From: an uncultured Clostridia bacterium
GTDB lineage: Bacteria > Bacillota > Clostridia > Oscillospirales > Ruminococcaceae
DNA length: 64,000 nt
Direction of reading: 5' to 3'
Assembly (NCBI GenBank): GCA_947627455.1
Contig: CANQWC010000006.1
Location: 21,714 to 85,713 of the forward strand
Part shown: positions 38,852 through 48,627 of the stretch, in pieces
Position numbering within the stretch: position 1 is the first letter of the stretch
How the letters are laid out: each line of letters begins with the position of its first letter
Position numbers and translations under genes: made by a program
The notes under the pieces: model-generated
Database searches by the model: none
Told to the model about the DNA's origin: nothing
Seen by the model: only the letters and a program-made list of their open reading frames with translations

Positions 38852-39008
38852 GCGGATTGGCAAGGTTCAGGGGGAAGGATGGGCGATGAGGAGCGCCGAG
38901 CGAAGCGAGGCGCTTGCGCGGAGGGGGTGCGGGGGAGGCCCGCAGGGCCGCCCCTGCCCTGATTGATTCGGCGTTTTTAAAAGGTTTCGGATCGGGCATA
39001 GTTTTTGC

Positions 39009-39037
39009 TTGCATTTTCATCGGGTTTATGGTAATAT
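39009..39037 (+). promoter_or_regulatory. Candidate sigma-A promoter of prfB
   Basis: TTGCAT, 17 nt, TAATAT. Confidence 0.4.
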
Positions 39038-39066
39038 TGAATGGAATAAATATTTTCGGAGGAAAT

Positions 39067-40185
39067 ATGATACTACTTGAAGATTTAAAGCAGAGACTTT
39101 CGGATTATCTGCCGAAGCTTAAGGAGCTTCATTCGGTGCTCAATGTTGAGGCCGCTAAGGAAGAAATCGAGCAGCTTCACCTTAAGGCATCGGAACCCGG
39201 GTTCTGGGACGACGCGGAGAAGTCGCAGAAGATTCTTCAGCGCACAAAGGCCCTCGAAAACACCGTTGAAAACGACAGAAAGCTGAATCAGCAGGCCGAG
39301 GATATTCAGACCATGATCGAGATGTACTCGGAAGAGCCCGATGACTCGATGCTCGACGAAATTAAAGATGAGCTTGACGCCCTCGACAAAAAAATCGGCG
39401 AGCTGACCCTCAGAACGCTTCTCAAGGGCGAATATGACAGCTCGAACGCGATTTTGAACTTTCACGCGGGCGCGGGCGGCACCGAGGCTCAGGATTGGAC
39501 CGAAATGCTCCTGAGAATGTACACCCGCTGGGGCGAGGCACATGGCTATAAGGTCTCGCTGCTCGATACCGTCGACGGCTCGGACGCGGGAATTAAAAGC
39601 GCTTCAATGATAATCGAGGGCGAAAACGCCTACGGTTATCTAAAGAGCGAATCGGGTATTCATCGGCTTGTGAGGATCTCGCCGTTCGACGCTTCGGGGT
39701 CGCGCCATACCTCTTTCTCGGCGGTCGAGGTCATGCCCGAGATCGACGCGGATATGAGCGTTGAAATTCGCCCCGAGGACATCAAGATGGACGTGTTCCG
39801 CTCATCGGGAGCGGGCGGCCAGCACATCAACAAGACCTCGTCGGCGGTAAGGCTCACACACATTCCGACAGGCATCGTTACATCATGTCAGACGCAGCGC
39901 TCGCAGGTTCAGAACCGCGACTACGCGATGAAGATGCTCGTCGCAAAGCTCGTTGAGATCAAGGAACGCGAACACCTCGCGAAAATCGAGGACATCAAGG
40001 GCGTTCAGAAAGAGATCGCCTGGGGCTCGCAGATTCGCTCTTATGTGTTCATGCCCTATACCCTCGTGAAGGACCACCGCACGGGCTTTGAAAACGGCAA
40101 CGTTCACGCGGTCATGGACGGCGACTTGGACGGCTTTATCAACGCGTATCTGAAAGCCCTCTCGAACGGGGAGATTGAAAAGTAA
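39067..40185 (+). CDS. prfB: Peptide chain release factor 2 (uninterrupted reading frame)
   Basis: SPF tripeptide (RISPFDA) and GGQ (SGAGGQHINK). The start is at ATG 39067 (MILLEDLKQRL). There is no in-frame UGA or +1 shift site. Confidence 0.93.
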   Translation: MILLEDLKQRLSDYLPKLKELHSVLNVEAAKEEIEQLHLKASEPGFWDDAEKSQKILQRTKALENTVENDRKLNQQAEDIQTMIEMYSEEPDDSMLDEIKDELDALDKKIGELTLRTLLKGEYDSSNAILNFHAGAGGTEAQDWTEMLLRMYTRWGEAHGYKVSLLDTVDGSDAGIKSASMIIEGENAYGYLKSESGIHRLVRISPFDASGSRHTSFSAVEVMPEIDADMSVEIRPEDIKMDVFRSSGAGGQHINKTSSAVRLTHIPTGIVTSCQTQRSQVQNRDYAMKMLVAKLVEIKEREHLAKIEDIKGVQKEIAWGSQIRSYVFMPYTLVKDHRTGFENGNVHAVMDGDLDGFINAYLKALSNGEIEK

Positions 40186-40226
40186 AAAAACAGCGGAGGT
40201 GTCAGACCTCCGCTGTATATTTTTTG
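40185..40226. terminator. Bidirectional terminator between prfB and the convergent membrane-protein gene
   Basis: An A-run, cagcggaggt-gtcag-acctccgctg, then tatatttttt. Confidence 0.85.
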
Positions 40227-40642
40227 CGAGGGATAAACCTCAGCGGCGGGAGGGGCTCGCCGAAAAGATAATTCTTCAGCAGCCGAGCGGACATCGCCGC
40301 GGGGACGGACAACCAGAGCCATATCGCAGAAAAGGGCAGACAGATCTGTCCCAAAAGGTTCAGCGGGAGCTCGGAGTAATCCCATACGCCGAGGCCGAGC
40401 CAAAGGTTTATCACAACGCCCGATGTGAACTCGACCGCGGTTATCGCGAGGGCGAAAAGGGGCGCCTCGAAGAGAAGACAGCCGCCGAAAAAAGGCAGGG
40501 AATCTATCGCGGAAATAATAAGATAGCAAAGCCCGCCGACAAAGAACATTGAGATGTGGGTCTCGTCGCGCCAGATTATCTCGGCAAGGCCGTAGGCAAG
40601 ACCCCCGAATGAAAATATCGCCGCCGATTTCAAAAGCCGCAT
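40202..40642 (-). CDS. Small polytopic membrane protein (putative ABC-transporter type IV / DUF1113-like)
   Basis: 146 aa, 4 predicted TM segments. The GGLAYGLAEIIWRDETHISMFFVGG block resembles that family. GGAGG RBS. Confidence 0.6.
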   Translation of the reverse strand: MRLLKSAAIFSFGGLAYGLAEIIWRDETHISMFFVGGLCYLIISAIDSLPFFGGCLLFEAPLFALAITAVEFTSGVVINLWLGLGVWDYSELPLNLLGQICLPFSAIWLWLSVPAAMSARLLKNYLFGEPLPPLRFIPRKKYTAEV

Positions 40643-40724
40643 AAATACCTCCGAAGATGTGATCGTTTATGTTATTATGGGCATCGGCAGGAAAAAGATA
40701 CCGATTATAAAAGGAAATTTTTCT

Positions 40725-41075
40725 GTTGACTTTTTTGGCGATGTGTGGTAATATAGCAGTCAAAGACGCTGACGGGGAGGGTTCGGCCCGAAAAGCTTTT
40801 GAAAGAGAGGCGGAAACGGTGAAATCCGCCAAAGCTTTATGCCGAATTTGTCGCCCCGAAGTCGGAGGAAAGAAAGGGTTTTTTCCCGAGTAGAATCCTC
40901 CCGCCCGAGCGCGTTAAAGCTTATTAAGTGAGAGGCCGCAAATCTGCCGTCCGATTTCCGAATTCTATCTTCTAACTTCTAATTTCTGACTTCTGACCTC
41001 TGATTTCTGTCCTCTAATTTGAGTGGTACCGCGGGAACTATTCTCGTCTCAAAGTCTGGCTTTGGGGCGATTTTT
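40725..41075 (+). promoter_or_regulatory. Promoter plus T-box riboswitch leader of valS
   Basis: TTGACT (40725-40730), 17 nt, TAATAT (40748-40753). An AGAGAGG box lies near 40805. The T-box sequence tttGAGTGGTACCGCGGga is at 41018-41037. The terminator cgtctcaaag-tctgg-ctttggggcg (41044-41068) is followed by a T-run. Confidence 0.8.
40963..41018 (+). repeat. 8-unit 7-bp tandem array embedded in the valS T-box leader
   Basis: ttctatc ttctaac ttctaat ttctgac ttctgac ctctgat ttctgtc ctctaat. 40963-40982 is the exact reverse complement of 38741-38760. Confidence 0.85.
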
Positions 41076-41117
41076 TAATCGCTTCGGCCGAAAAATCATC
41101 AGGAAAGAGGTACAACA

Positions 41118-43739
41118 ATGAAAAAGGAACTCGAAAAGCTCTATGAGCCGAAACAGGTGGAGGACAGGATCTATAAATACTGGACCGACGGAAACTACTT
41201 CCACGCTGAGGTGAACCCGAACAAAAAGCCCTACACCATCGTAATTCCCCCGCCGAACATCACGGGGCAGCTTCACATGGGGCACGCCCTCGACGAAACT
41301 CTTCAGGATATTCTTATCCGCTATAAGAGAATGTCGGGGTATGAGACGCTCTGGCTCCCCGGGACCGACCACGCTTCCATCGCGACCGAGGCAAAGATCG
41401 TCTCGGAGATGAAGAAAGAGGGCCTCACGAAGGACGACCTCGGCAGAGAGGGGTTCTTGGAGAGAGCATGGGCCTGGAAGGAAAAATACGGCTCGACTAT
41501 CATCAGCCAGCTTAAGAAATTGGGCTCGTCATGCGACTGGGAGCGCGAGCGCTTCACGATGGACGAGGGTTGCTCAAAGGCGGTCAAAGAGGTATTTGTA
41601 AAATACTACGAAAAAGGGCTTATCTATCGCGGCGAGAGGATAATCAACTGGTGCCCGCACTGCCTCACCTCGATATCCAACGCCGAGGTTGAATATGAGG
41701 AGCAGGCGGGGCACTTCTGGCATTTGCGCTACCCGCTGACCGACGGCTCGGGCTGGCTTGAGCTCGCGACGACAAGGCCCGAAACGCTTTTGGGCGATAC
41801 CGCCGTCGCAGTCAACCCGAAGGACGAGAGATATAAAAAATACGTCGGGAAGACAGTCACCCTGCCGCTCGTCGGAAGAGAGATACCCGTTGTTGCGGAC
41901 AGCTATGTTGATATGGAATTCGGGACGGGCGTTGTGAAGATTACACCCGCTCACGACCCGAACGACTTCGAGGTCGGGCTGAGGCATAATCTGCCCGTCA
42001 TCAACGTTATGACCGACGACGCGAAGATCACCGAGGATTACCCGAAATACGCGGGAATGGACCGCTTTGAGGCGAGAAAGGCAATAGTTGAAGACCTTGA
42101 GGCGGGCGGGTTCCTCGTCAGGGTAGAGGACTATTCGCACAACGTCGGCACTTGCTATCGCTGCGGCACGACCATTGAGCCGAGAGTCTCGCTTCAGTGG
42201 TTTGTGAAGATGGCAGAGCTCGCAAAGCCCGCCATCGAGGCCGTAAAGAGCGGAGACATCAAGTTTGTTCCCGAGAGGTTTGAAAAGAACTATCTCAACT
42301 GGATGGAGGATATTCGCGACTGGTGCGTTTCGCGGCAGCTTTGGTGGGGGCATAGGATACCCGCGTTCTACTGCGACGACTGCGGCGAAACGGTCGTAAC
42401 AAAGGAAGACAGCGCGGTCTGCCCGAAGTGCGGCAAACCCATGAGGCAGGACCCCGACACCCTTGACACATGGTTCAGCTCGGCGCTTTGGCCGTTCTCG
42501 ACCCTCGGCTGGCCCGACAAGACCCCAGAGCTTGAATATTTCTATCCGACTTCGACGCTTGTCACGGGATGGGATATAATCACGTTCTGGGTTTCAAGAA
42601 TGATAGTCGCGGGAATGGAATTCATGCACGAGCGCCCGTTTGAGACGGTTCTGCTCCACGGGCTTATGCGCGACCCGAACGGCCTTAAGATGTCAAAATC
42701 GCTCGGAAACGGTATCGACCCGCTTGTGGTCATCGATCAGTACGGCGCGGACGCGCTCAGATTCATGGTTGCTTCGGGAAATTCGCCCGGAAACGATATG
42801 AGATATTCCGAGGAGAGGGTCAAGGCCTGCCGCAACTTTGCAAACAAGCTTTGGAACGCGACAAGGTTTATCATGATGAACCTTCCCGAGGACTTCGCGG
42901 TGCCCGAAAAGCTGCCCGAAAACCTCGCCCTTGAGGACAAATGGGTGGTCTCAAAGCTCAATACCCTCGCGAAAGAGGTCAATGAAAACCTCGAAAAATT
43001 CGAGATAGGCGTCGCCGCGCAGAAGGTCTATGACTTCATCTGGGACGTCTACTGCGACTGGTATATTGAGCTTACAAAGCCGAGAATCAACGCGGGAGGA
43101 GAGACCGCAGAGGCCGCTCAGGCGGTGCTTGTTTGGGCGATGGCGGGAATACTCAAGCTTCTTCACCCGTTTATGCCGTTCATCACCGAGGAGATCTGGC
43201 AGGCCCTCGACGGGACGGGAAAACCGCTTATGCTCGAAGCCTTCCCTGTTTATGACGAAAAGCTCTGCTACCCCGAGGAGGAAGCGGACTTTGAGAAGAT
43301 AATCGAAGCCATCAAGGCCATCAGAAACCGCAGGGCGGAGATGAATGTTCCGCCGTCGAAAAAGGCAGAGCTGTTCATCGAGACGGCGGAAAAAGAGGTC
43401 TTTGAAAAGGGCGTGATGTTCTTTGAGAGGCTGGCTTCGGCTTCGTCGGTAGAAATCTCCGATAAATGCGAGCCCGCCGACGCAGTTACAATCGTTACGG
43501 GCGCGGCAAGGCTGTTTATTCCGCTCGCCGAGATAATCGACCGCGACAAGGAGCTTGCGCGGCTTAACAAGGAAAAGGCGACGGCTGAAAAGGATATCGC
43601 GGTCATCAGCGGAAAGCTTGACAACGCGGGGTTTGTCTCAAAGGCGCCCGCTCAGGTCGTTGAGGCAGAGAGGCAGAAGCTTGCCCTCGCGAAGGAAAAA
43701 CTAGCGAAAATTGAGCAGTCGATAGCCTCGCTCGGTTAA
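41118..43739 (+). CDS. valS: Valine--tRNA ligase
   Basis: 873 aa with HIGH (PNITGQLHMGHAL), KMSKS (LKMSKSLGN) and a C-terminal coiled coil. Confidence 0.95.
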   Translation: MKKELEKLYEPKQVEDRIYKYWTDGNYFHAEVNPNKKPYTIVIPPPNITGQLHMGHALDETLQDILIRYKRMSGYETLWLPGTDHASIATEAKIVSEMKKEGLTKDDLGREGFLERAWAWKEKYGSTIISQLKKLGSSCDWERERFTMDEGCSKAVKEVFVKYYEKGLIYRGERIINWCPHCLTSISNAEVEYEEQAGHFWHLRYPLTDGSGWLELATTRPETLLGDTAVAVNPKDERYKKYVGKTVTLPLVGREIPVVADSYVDMEFGTGVVKITPAHDPNDFEVGLRHNLPVINVMTDDAKITEDYPKYAGMDRFEARKAIVEDLEAGGFLVRVEDYSHNVGTCYRCGTTIEPRVSLQWFVKMAELAKPAIEAVKSGDIKFVPERFEKNYLNWMEDIRDWCVSRQLWWGHRIPAFYCDDCGETVVTKEDSAVCPKCGKPMRQDPDTLDTWFSSALWPFSTLGWPDKTPELEYFYPTSTLVTGWDIITFWVSRMIVAGMEFMHERPFETVLLHGLMRDPNGLKMSKSLGNGIDPLVVIDQYGADALRFMVASGNSPGNDMRYSEERVKACRNFANKLWNATRFIMMNLPEDFAVPEKLPENLALEDKWVVSKLNTLAKEVNENLEKFEIGVAAQKVYDFIWDVYCDWYIELTKPRINAGGETAEAAQAVLVWAMAGILKLLHPFMPFITEEIWQALDGTGKPLMLEAFPVYDEKLCYPEEEADFEKIIEAIKAIRNRRAEMNVPPSKKAELFIETAEKEVFEKGVMFFERLASASSVEISDKCEPADAVTIVTGAARLFIPLAEIIDRDKELARLNKEKATAEKDIAVISGKLDNAGFVSKAPAQVVEAERQKLALAKEKLAKIEQSIASLG

Positions 43740-43780
43740 ATCGGTTACTGTTTTTGAATTTTTGGAAAGGTTGGTAAGCT

Positions 43781-45145
43781 ATGCGCAAATCGGCGGTAAA
43801 ACACCCGATACTGCTGTCGGTGATTGTTGTTTTCGTTTTCTTTGTCGCGAACTTTTTGGGTTCGATGCTTTTGGTTTATTCGCCTCCGTTCTTCTGGAGA
43901 AACGGCGACTTTCTTCAACAGCTTGTCGCCGAAAGCGTTATGTGCCTGTTCGGAATCGCGCTGGTGGGGATCTTCGGCTACGGAAAGATCTGGAATCAGA
44001 CCGAGGGCTTCGGAAAGGGGCTTTTATGCGGCGGATATATAATCGTCGTGTCGGTTTATTCGGCGGTCGGCGGGCTTGTGCTTGAGGCCTCGGAGCGGGG
44101 CCCCGACTTTGCGGCTCAGCTTGCGCCGCTCTGGAAATTCATCGTCTTCGCGATCTCGATGTTCCTGATCGGCCTCACCGAGGAAAGCTTCTTCAGGGGC
44201 GTTGTCGCGAACCTGTTCTGGGATAAGCACGCGAAGGACCCTGCGGGAGTCTGGGCAGCGACGATTTACTCGGGGCTGGTGTTCGCGCTGATGCACGGAA
44301 TCAACCTTCTTTCTGCGGATATCGGCGGGGTGCTGGTACAGATGGCGGCGATAATCACAATGGGCATGGCCCTCACCGCCATATACTATCGCTCGAAAAA
44401 TATCTGGGTAGTTATTTTCCTGCACGCGTTTTTGGACTTCTGCGGGCTGCTGCCCTCGGCGCTGTTCGAGAACGGCTCGATATCGACTCAGATCTCGTCA
44501 TACTCCCCTGTCGTCGCGATAACCTCGTCGATACCCTATCTCATCGTGACGCTGGTGCTGCTTCGGAAGAAAAAGCTCGTTCAGATGCTTGCGGGCGAAA
44601 ACGCTTTCGGCGCTATTCCCTCGGCGGCGAACGGTCAGCTTGTGATCTCGGCGGATATACCGTCGTCGGAGAGCAGCAAAAAATCGCGCAGAAGAGCAAT
44701 AATCGCGGCAGTGGTAATCTGGCTCGGGCTCTTCGCGGGGAGCGTTTACTTCTATCTCGAGAGCTATGATTTTTCGGTCTCGAAGATTCTGACAGACGTG
44801 ACGGGCAGCGAGGTGTTCTCGACCGAAAACAGCGGAATCTGGAACAGAGACGACGACGCGACCTTCGGCTCGGCATTTAACTTCACCGTCGGAGCGGACG
44901 GGAATTATCAGATCAGCTGCAACGTCGACACGGGCCTGCCCAACGCCTATGCGTTTATTCAGATCGTCAACGCCGACGGCGAGGCCGTTTTTGAGGAAAA
45001 TTACGGCGGCTTTTGCAGCGAGACCTCGCCCGTTGAGCTTGAACAGGGCGATTATACCCTCAATATTGTGTATAATTATGCAGAGGTCGACCTCAGAAGA
45101 ATTACCGATGACGTCGACTACTCGGTGAGCGTCAGCATCAGATAG
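43781..45145 (+). CDS. CPBP-family intramembrane glutamic endopeptidase with extra C-terminal extracytoplasmic domain
   Basis: EESFFRGVV, FALMHG and FLHAFLD are the CPBP/Abi motifs. An additional TM segment and a domain of about 130 aa follow. Confidence 0.8.
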   Translation: MRKSAVKHPILLSVIVVFVFFVANFLGSMLLVYSPPFFWRNGDFLQQLVAESVMCLFGIALVGIFGYGKIWNQTEGFGKGLLCGGYIIVVSVYSAVGGLVLEASERGPDFAAQLAPLWKFIVFAISMFLIGLTEESFFRGVVANLFWDKHAKDPAGVWAATIYSGLVFALMHGINLLSADIGGVLVQMAAIITMGMALTAIYYRSKNIWVVIFLHAFLDFCGLLPSALFENGSISTQISSYSPVVAITSSIPYLIVTLVLLRKKKLVQMLAGENAFGAIPSAANGQLVISADIPSSESSKKSRRRAIIAAVVIWLGLFAGSVYFYLESYDFSVSKILTDVTGSEVFSTENSGIWNRDDDATFGSAFNFTVGADGNYQISCNVDTGLPNAYAFIQIVNADGEAVFEENYGGFCSETSPVELEQGDYTLNIVYNYAEVDLRRITDDVDYSVSVSIR

Positions 45146-45170
45146 CAAAAGGTAAACAAAAGGTTAAGAT

Positions 45171-45203
45171 TTCCCCCGAAAGCTTATTTTCGGGGGAATT
45201 TTA
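45171..45203 (+). terminator. Intrinsic terminator after the CPBP gene
   Basis: ttcccccgaaa-gcttat-tttcgggggaa followed by tttt. Confidence 0.85.
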
Positions 45204-45270
45204 TTGCGATTTTGAGGTGGGTATTATATAATATTATTGAAAGGATTATTGCAGGATTGGAGAAAAAATT

Positions 45271-45954
45271 ATGAAAACCATTTTGATTATAGATGATGAT
45301 GTATATATAGGAGATATGCTTGCTGAGGCGCTCGGGCAGGAGGGATATGCCGTGATGAGGGCGTATTCGGGGACGGAAGCGCTTTTGGTGCTCGACTCGA
45401 AGCGGCCCGACCTTGTGCTGCTCGATTTGATGCTGCCCGGGCTCTCGGGCGAGGAAATCCTCCCGAAGATAAAGGATATTCCCGTAATCGTTCTTTCGGC
45501 GAAGGCGGACGCGAGCTCAAAGGTGAACCTTCTTCTCGGCGGGGCGCAGGACTACGTCACAAAGCCGTTTGATCTGAACGAGCTTATGGCGAGGATAGCC
45601 GTGAGGCTTCGCAGCGCCGCCGAAACCGAGGGCGGGATTCTTCAGTTCGACGGGATAGTGATGAACACCGAGACGCACTCGACCGAGGTGTGCGGGCAGA
45701 CGGTAAAGCTCACCCGAACGGAGTATGCGATTTTAAAGCTTTTGATGCAGAAGCCCTCGCAGGTTTTCACAAAATCGCGCCTGCTCGACAGAATTTCGGA
45801 GGACACCCCCGACTGCACCGACAGCTCGCTGAAAATTCACATCTCAAACCTCAGAAGAAAGCTTCGCGAGCCCTCGGGGAAGGACTATATCGAGGCGGTA
45901 TGGGGTATCGGCTTCAAGCTGAGAAACATGACCGAATCTTTACCGAAGCCTTAA
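45271..45954 (+). CDS. OmpR/PhoB-family response regulator with no adjacent histidine kinase
   Basis: The receiver domain has DDD, LVLLDLMLPG and a conserved K (TKPF). A winged-helix C-terminus (LTRTEYAILKLL...VWGIGFKL) follows. Confidence 0.9.
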   Translation: MKTILIIDDDVYIGDMLAEALGQEGYAVMRAYSGTEALLVLDSKRPDLVLLDLMLPGLSGEEILPKIKDIPVIVLSAKADASSKVNLLLGGAQDYVTKPFDLNELMARIAVRLRSAAETEGGILQFDGIVMNTETHSTEVCGQTVKLTRTEYAILKLLMQKPSQVFTKSRLLDRISEDTPDCTDSSLKIHISNLRRKLREPSGKDYIEAVWGIGFKLRNMTESLPKP

Positions 45955-46025
45955 CCGATTTCTTAACCTTTTTGATTTATGATGATCCTGCGGGGATACC
46001 CGACAAAATTCAAAGGAGAGTTATT

Positions 46026-46931
46026 ATGGAATATGTTCTTACCGCAAACTCGCTCTATAAGGACTATGGGAAATTTCGGGCGCTTTCGGGGCTTTCGATG
46101 AATGTTCCGAAGGGCTCGATCTACGGCTTCGTGGGAAAAAACGGCGCGGGCAAAACCACGCTTATACGCATCATCTGCGGGCTTCAGAACCCGAGCGTGG
46201 GCGACTATACGCTCTACGGGGCAGACAGCCGCGACCCGAAGATAGTGAAATCGCGAAGAAGAATGGGCGCGGTCGTTGAAACGCCGTCGATCTATCTTGA
46301 TATGTCGGCGAGGGATAACCTTATGCAGCAGTACAGGGTCTTGGGTCTCCCCTCTTTTGAGGGCATAGACGAGATTTTAAAGCTTGTCGGGCTTGAATCG
46401 ACAGGGAAAAAGAAAGCGAAGAATTTTTCCCTCGGCATGCGCCAGAGGCTCGGCATCGCGATAGCCCTCTGCGGAAGCCCCGACTTTTTGGTGCTCGACG
46501 AACCAGTCAACGGCCTTGACCCGCAGGGAATCGTCGAGATTAGAGAGCTTATTTTAAGGCTTCATCGCGAGAAAAAGATAACCGTTCTGATTTCAAGCCA
46601 TATTCTTGACGAGCTTTCAAAGCTTGCGACCCACTACGGCTTTATCGACGGCGGAAAGATGATAAAGGAAATTTCCGCCGAGGAGCTTGAAGCGGCGTGC
46701 AGAAAGTGCATGAGAATCGAGGTCACGAGCGCGCCCGCCCTCGCGAGGGTTTTGGACGCAATGAACGTCGAGTATAAAATCCTCTCGGACACCGAGGCGG
46801 ACGTCTATGCAAAGCTCAACATAACCGCGCTGACCAACGCCCTCGCGGCCGAGGGCTGCGAGCTTGTTTCGGTTGCCGAGCGCGACGAGAGCCTTGAGAG
46901 CTATTATATAAGCCTCGTCGGCGGAAAGTGA
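46026..46931 (+). CDS. ABC transporter ATP-binding protein
   Basis: Walker A GKNGAGKTT, signature FSLGMRQRLG, Walker B FLVLDEP. The start was trimmed to ATG 46026 after AAAGGAG. Confidence 0.9.
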   Translation: MEYVLTANSLYKDYGKFRALSGLSMNVPKGSIYGFVGKNGAGKTTLIRIICGLQNPSVGDYTLYGADSRDPKIVKSRRRMGAVVETPSIYLDMSARDNLMQQYRVLGLPSFEGIDEILKLVGLESTGKKKAKNFSLGMRQRLGIAIALCGSPDFLVLDEPVNGLDPQGIVEIRELILRLHREKKITVLISSHILDELSKLATHYGFIDGGKMIKEISAEELEAACRKCMRIEVTSAPALARVLDAMNVEYKILSDTEADVYAKLNITALTNALAAEGCELVSVAERDESLESYYISLVGGK

Positions 46932-46938
46932 GGCAGCT

Positions 46939-47820
46939 ATGAGAAACCTTTTATCCGCCAATTTCAGCCGCCTCTTTAAAAAGAAGCTTTTTTGGGTGAT
47001 GACTGCCGCCCTGCTCGCCTACTCAGTTATTTCGACCTGCGACAACGCCTTGCAAACCGTCGCTGAGCCCGAGCATTATTCAAATCGGTCTCCCGAATCA
47101 ATTTGTTTCGACGAGGGCCCTGTCGTTCTGATTATGATACCCGTGTTCATATCGCTGTTTATCGGCACGGAGTTTTCGGACGGGACGATGAGAAACAAAA
47201 TCGTCGTCGGCAGCAAGCGCGGGCAGATCTACCTCGCGAATTTTATTACCGTCGCCGCGGTCTCGCTTGTTTTCTGCGCGGCATGGCATATCGGCTCGCT
47301 GTCGGTGCTGCCGATTCTCGGGATCTGGAGAGCAGGCGTTTGGGGCTGGCTGCTTTTGGTGCTTAAAAGCGCGCTGTTCTGCGTTGCGTTTTCGGCGATG
47401 ATCTGCCTTATCAGCCATATCATCACCAACAAGGCCGCCGTCGCGTTGTTTGAGATAATCTTCGCGCTCGCGGTGCTGATGGGCGGGAGCGTTTTATATA
47501 ACAGCCTTTTAGCGCCCGAGATGGTCTCGAGCGGCGTGACCATCACAAGCGACGAAAACGGCAACATGGTGATGGATCCTATTGACCCCTACCCGAACCC
47601 CGAGTATATTCCCGAGCCGCAGAGAACGGTGTATAAAAACATTCTGAACGTTCTGCCGAGCGGTCAGGCGATACTTTTGGCGAACGTCTCGGACGCGGAG
47701 GTTGAGCAGCTCGACCTCGACCTTGAAAAGCCGTATTATTCATACTGCGCCTCGGCGGGGATAACCGTTGTGTTCACGGCGCTCGGGGCGATGATCTTCA
47801 GGAAAAAAGACCTTAAATAA
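46939..47820 (+). CDS. ABC-2-type permease, paralogue 1
   Basis: Multi-pass. It shares the N-terminal LLSANFSRLFKKKLFW, the GTEFSDGTMRNKIVVG block and the C-terminal FRKKDLK with its neighbours. Confidence 0.75.
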   Translation: MRNLLSANFSRLFKKKLFWVMTAALLAYSVISTCDNALQTVAEPEHYSNRSPESICFDEGPVVLIMIPVFISLFIGTEFSDGTMRNKIVVGSKRGQIYLANFITVAAVSLVFCAAWHIGSLSVLPILGIWRAGVWGWLLLVLKSALFCVAFSAMICLISHIITNKAAVALFEIIFALAVLMGGSVLYNSLLAPEMVSSGVTITSDENGNMVMDPIDPYPNPEYIPEPQRTVYKNILNVLPSGQAILLANVSDAEVEQLDLDLEKPYYSYCASAGITVVFTALGAMIFRKKDLK

Positions 47821-47832
47821 GGGGTGATCTTA

Positions 47833-48615
47833 ATGCTGAACCTTCTTTCCGCGGGGTTTGTGAGGCTTCGCAAGAGCAGGCTTTTTTGGCTCTTCATAAT
47901 CGGCGAGGCGGCTTGGGGCGCGCTCGTGGCGTGGCTTTTGTATCGCTTCGGCAACATCAGAGAGAATCAGAATATATGTCTTTTCATGCCGATGATTTAC
48001 GGCTGCGTAATCGAGGCGGTTTTCTGCGGGTTCTTCATCGGCACCGACTACTCGGACGGCACCGTTCGCAACAAGATATCCGTCGGGTGCGGGCGGGCGG
48101 ATATTTATCTTTCAAACCTTGTTATATGCTGCTTTGCGGGGCTCGCGGTGATGCTTATGCACATGGCGGTCTACTCGCTTATCGCCCTTATTCTCGTCGG
48201 CGCTGAGGTTTTCCCTCAGATGCTTCTTTTAAAGCTTCTCAGCGCTGTCTGCACTGCGCTGAACGGCGCGGCGCTCTTCACGGCGGTTTCAATGCTCATC
48301 TCGAAAATCGCGTCGGCGGTCACGGCGAATATTTTCATCGCACTCGGCTCGATTCTTTCGGGAATGTTCGTCTATATTTCATACAGCGAGCCCGAATTTT
48401 TAAAAAGCGGCGAGGCAAACCCCGGCTATGTCGGCGGGGCGGCAAGGGTCATTCTGAGCTATTTTAAGGCGATCCTTCCGACCTCGACGGCGCTCGATGT
48501 GATGTCGGGGCATCTGCCGTCGGAATATCTTCGGGTGATTTTATGCTCGCTTTCAAGCGCGGCGGCGTTCACGCTCATCGGCCTTTTTGCGTTCAGAAGA
48601 AAAAATATTTCCTGA
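47833..48615 (+). CDS. ABC-2-type permease, paralogue 2
   Basis: MLNLLSAGFVRLRKSRLFW, GTDYSDGTVRNKISVG, C-terminal FRRKNIS. GTG 47824 is an alternative start. Confidence 0.75.
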   Translation: MLNLLSAGFVRLRKSRLFWLFIIGEAAWGALVAWLLYRFGNIRENQNICLFMPMIYGCVIEAVFCGFFIGTDYSDGTVRNKISVGCGRADIYLSNLVICCFAGLAVMLMHMAVYSLIALILVGAEVFPQMLLLKLLSAVCTALNGAALFTAVSMLISKIASAVTANIFIALGSILSGMFVYISYSEPEFLKSGEANPGYVGGAARVILSYFKAILPTSTALDVMSGHLPSEYLRVILCSLSSAAAFTLIGLFAFRRKNIS

Positions 48616-48627
48616 CGGGGTGAAAAA

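Noticed and set aside
39067-39160. Programmed +1 frameshift site in prfB.
   Set aside because: The RF2 frame is continuous from ATG 39067, with no in-frame UGA or CUU-UGA motif. Frameshift-less prfB genes are known, so this is not remarkable.
45151-45968. GGTAAA-n5-GGTTAA (45151-45167) and TTAACC-n6-TTAACC (45951-45968) direct repeats as response-regulator boxes.
   Set aside because: The first pair lies between a stop codon and its terminator, and the second overlaps the regulator's own stop codon. Spacing and orientation are inconsistent, so this may be chance.
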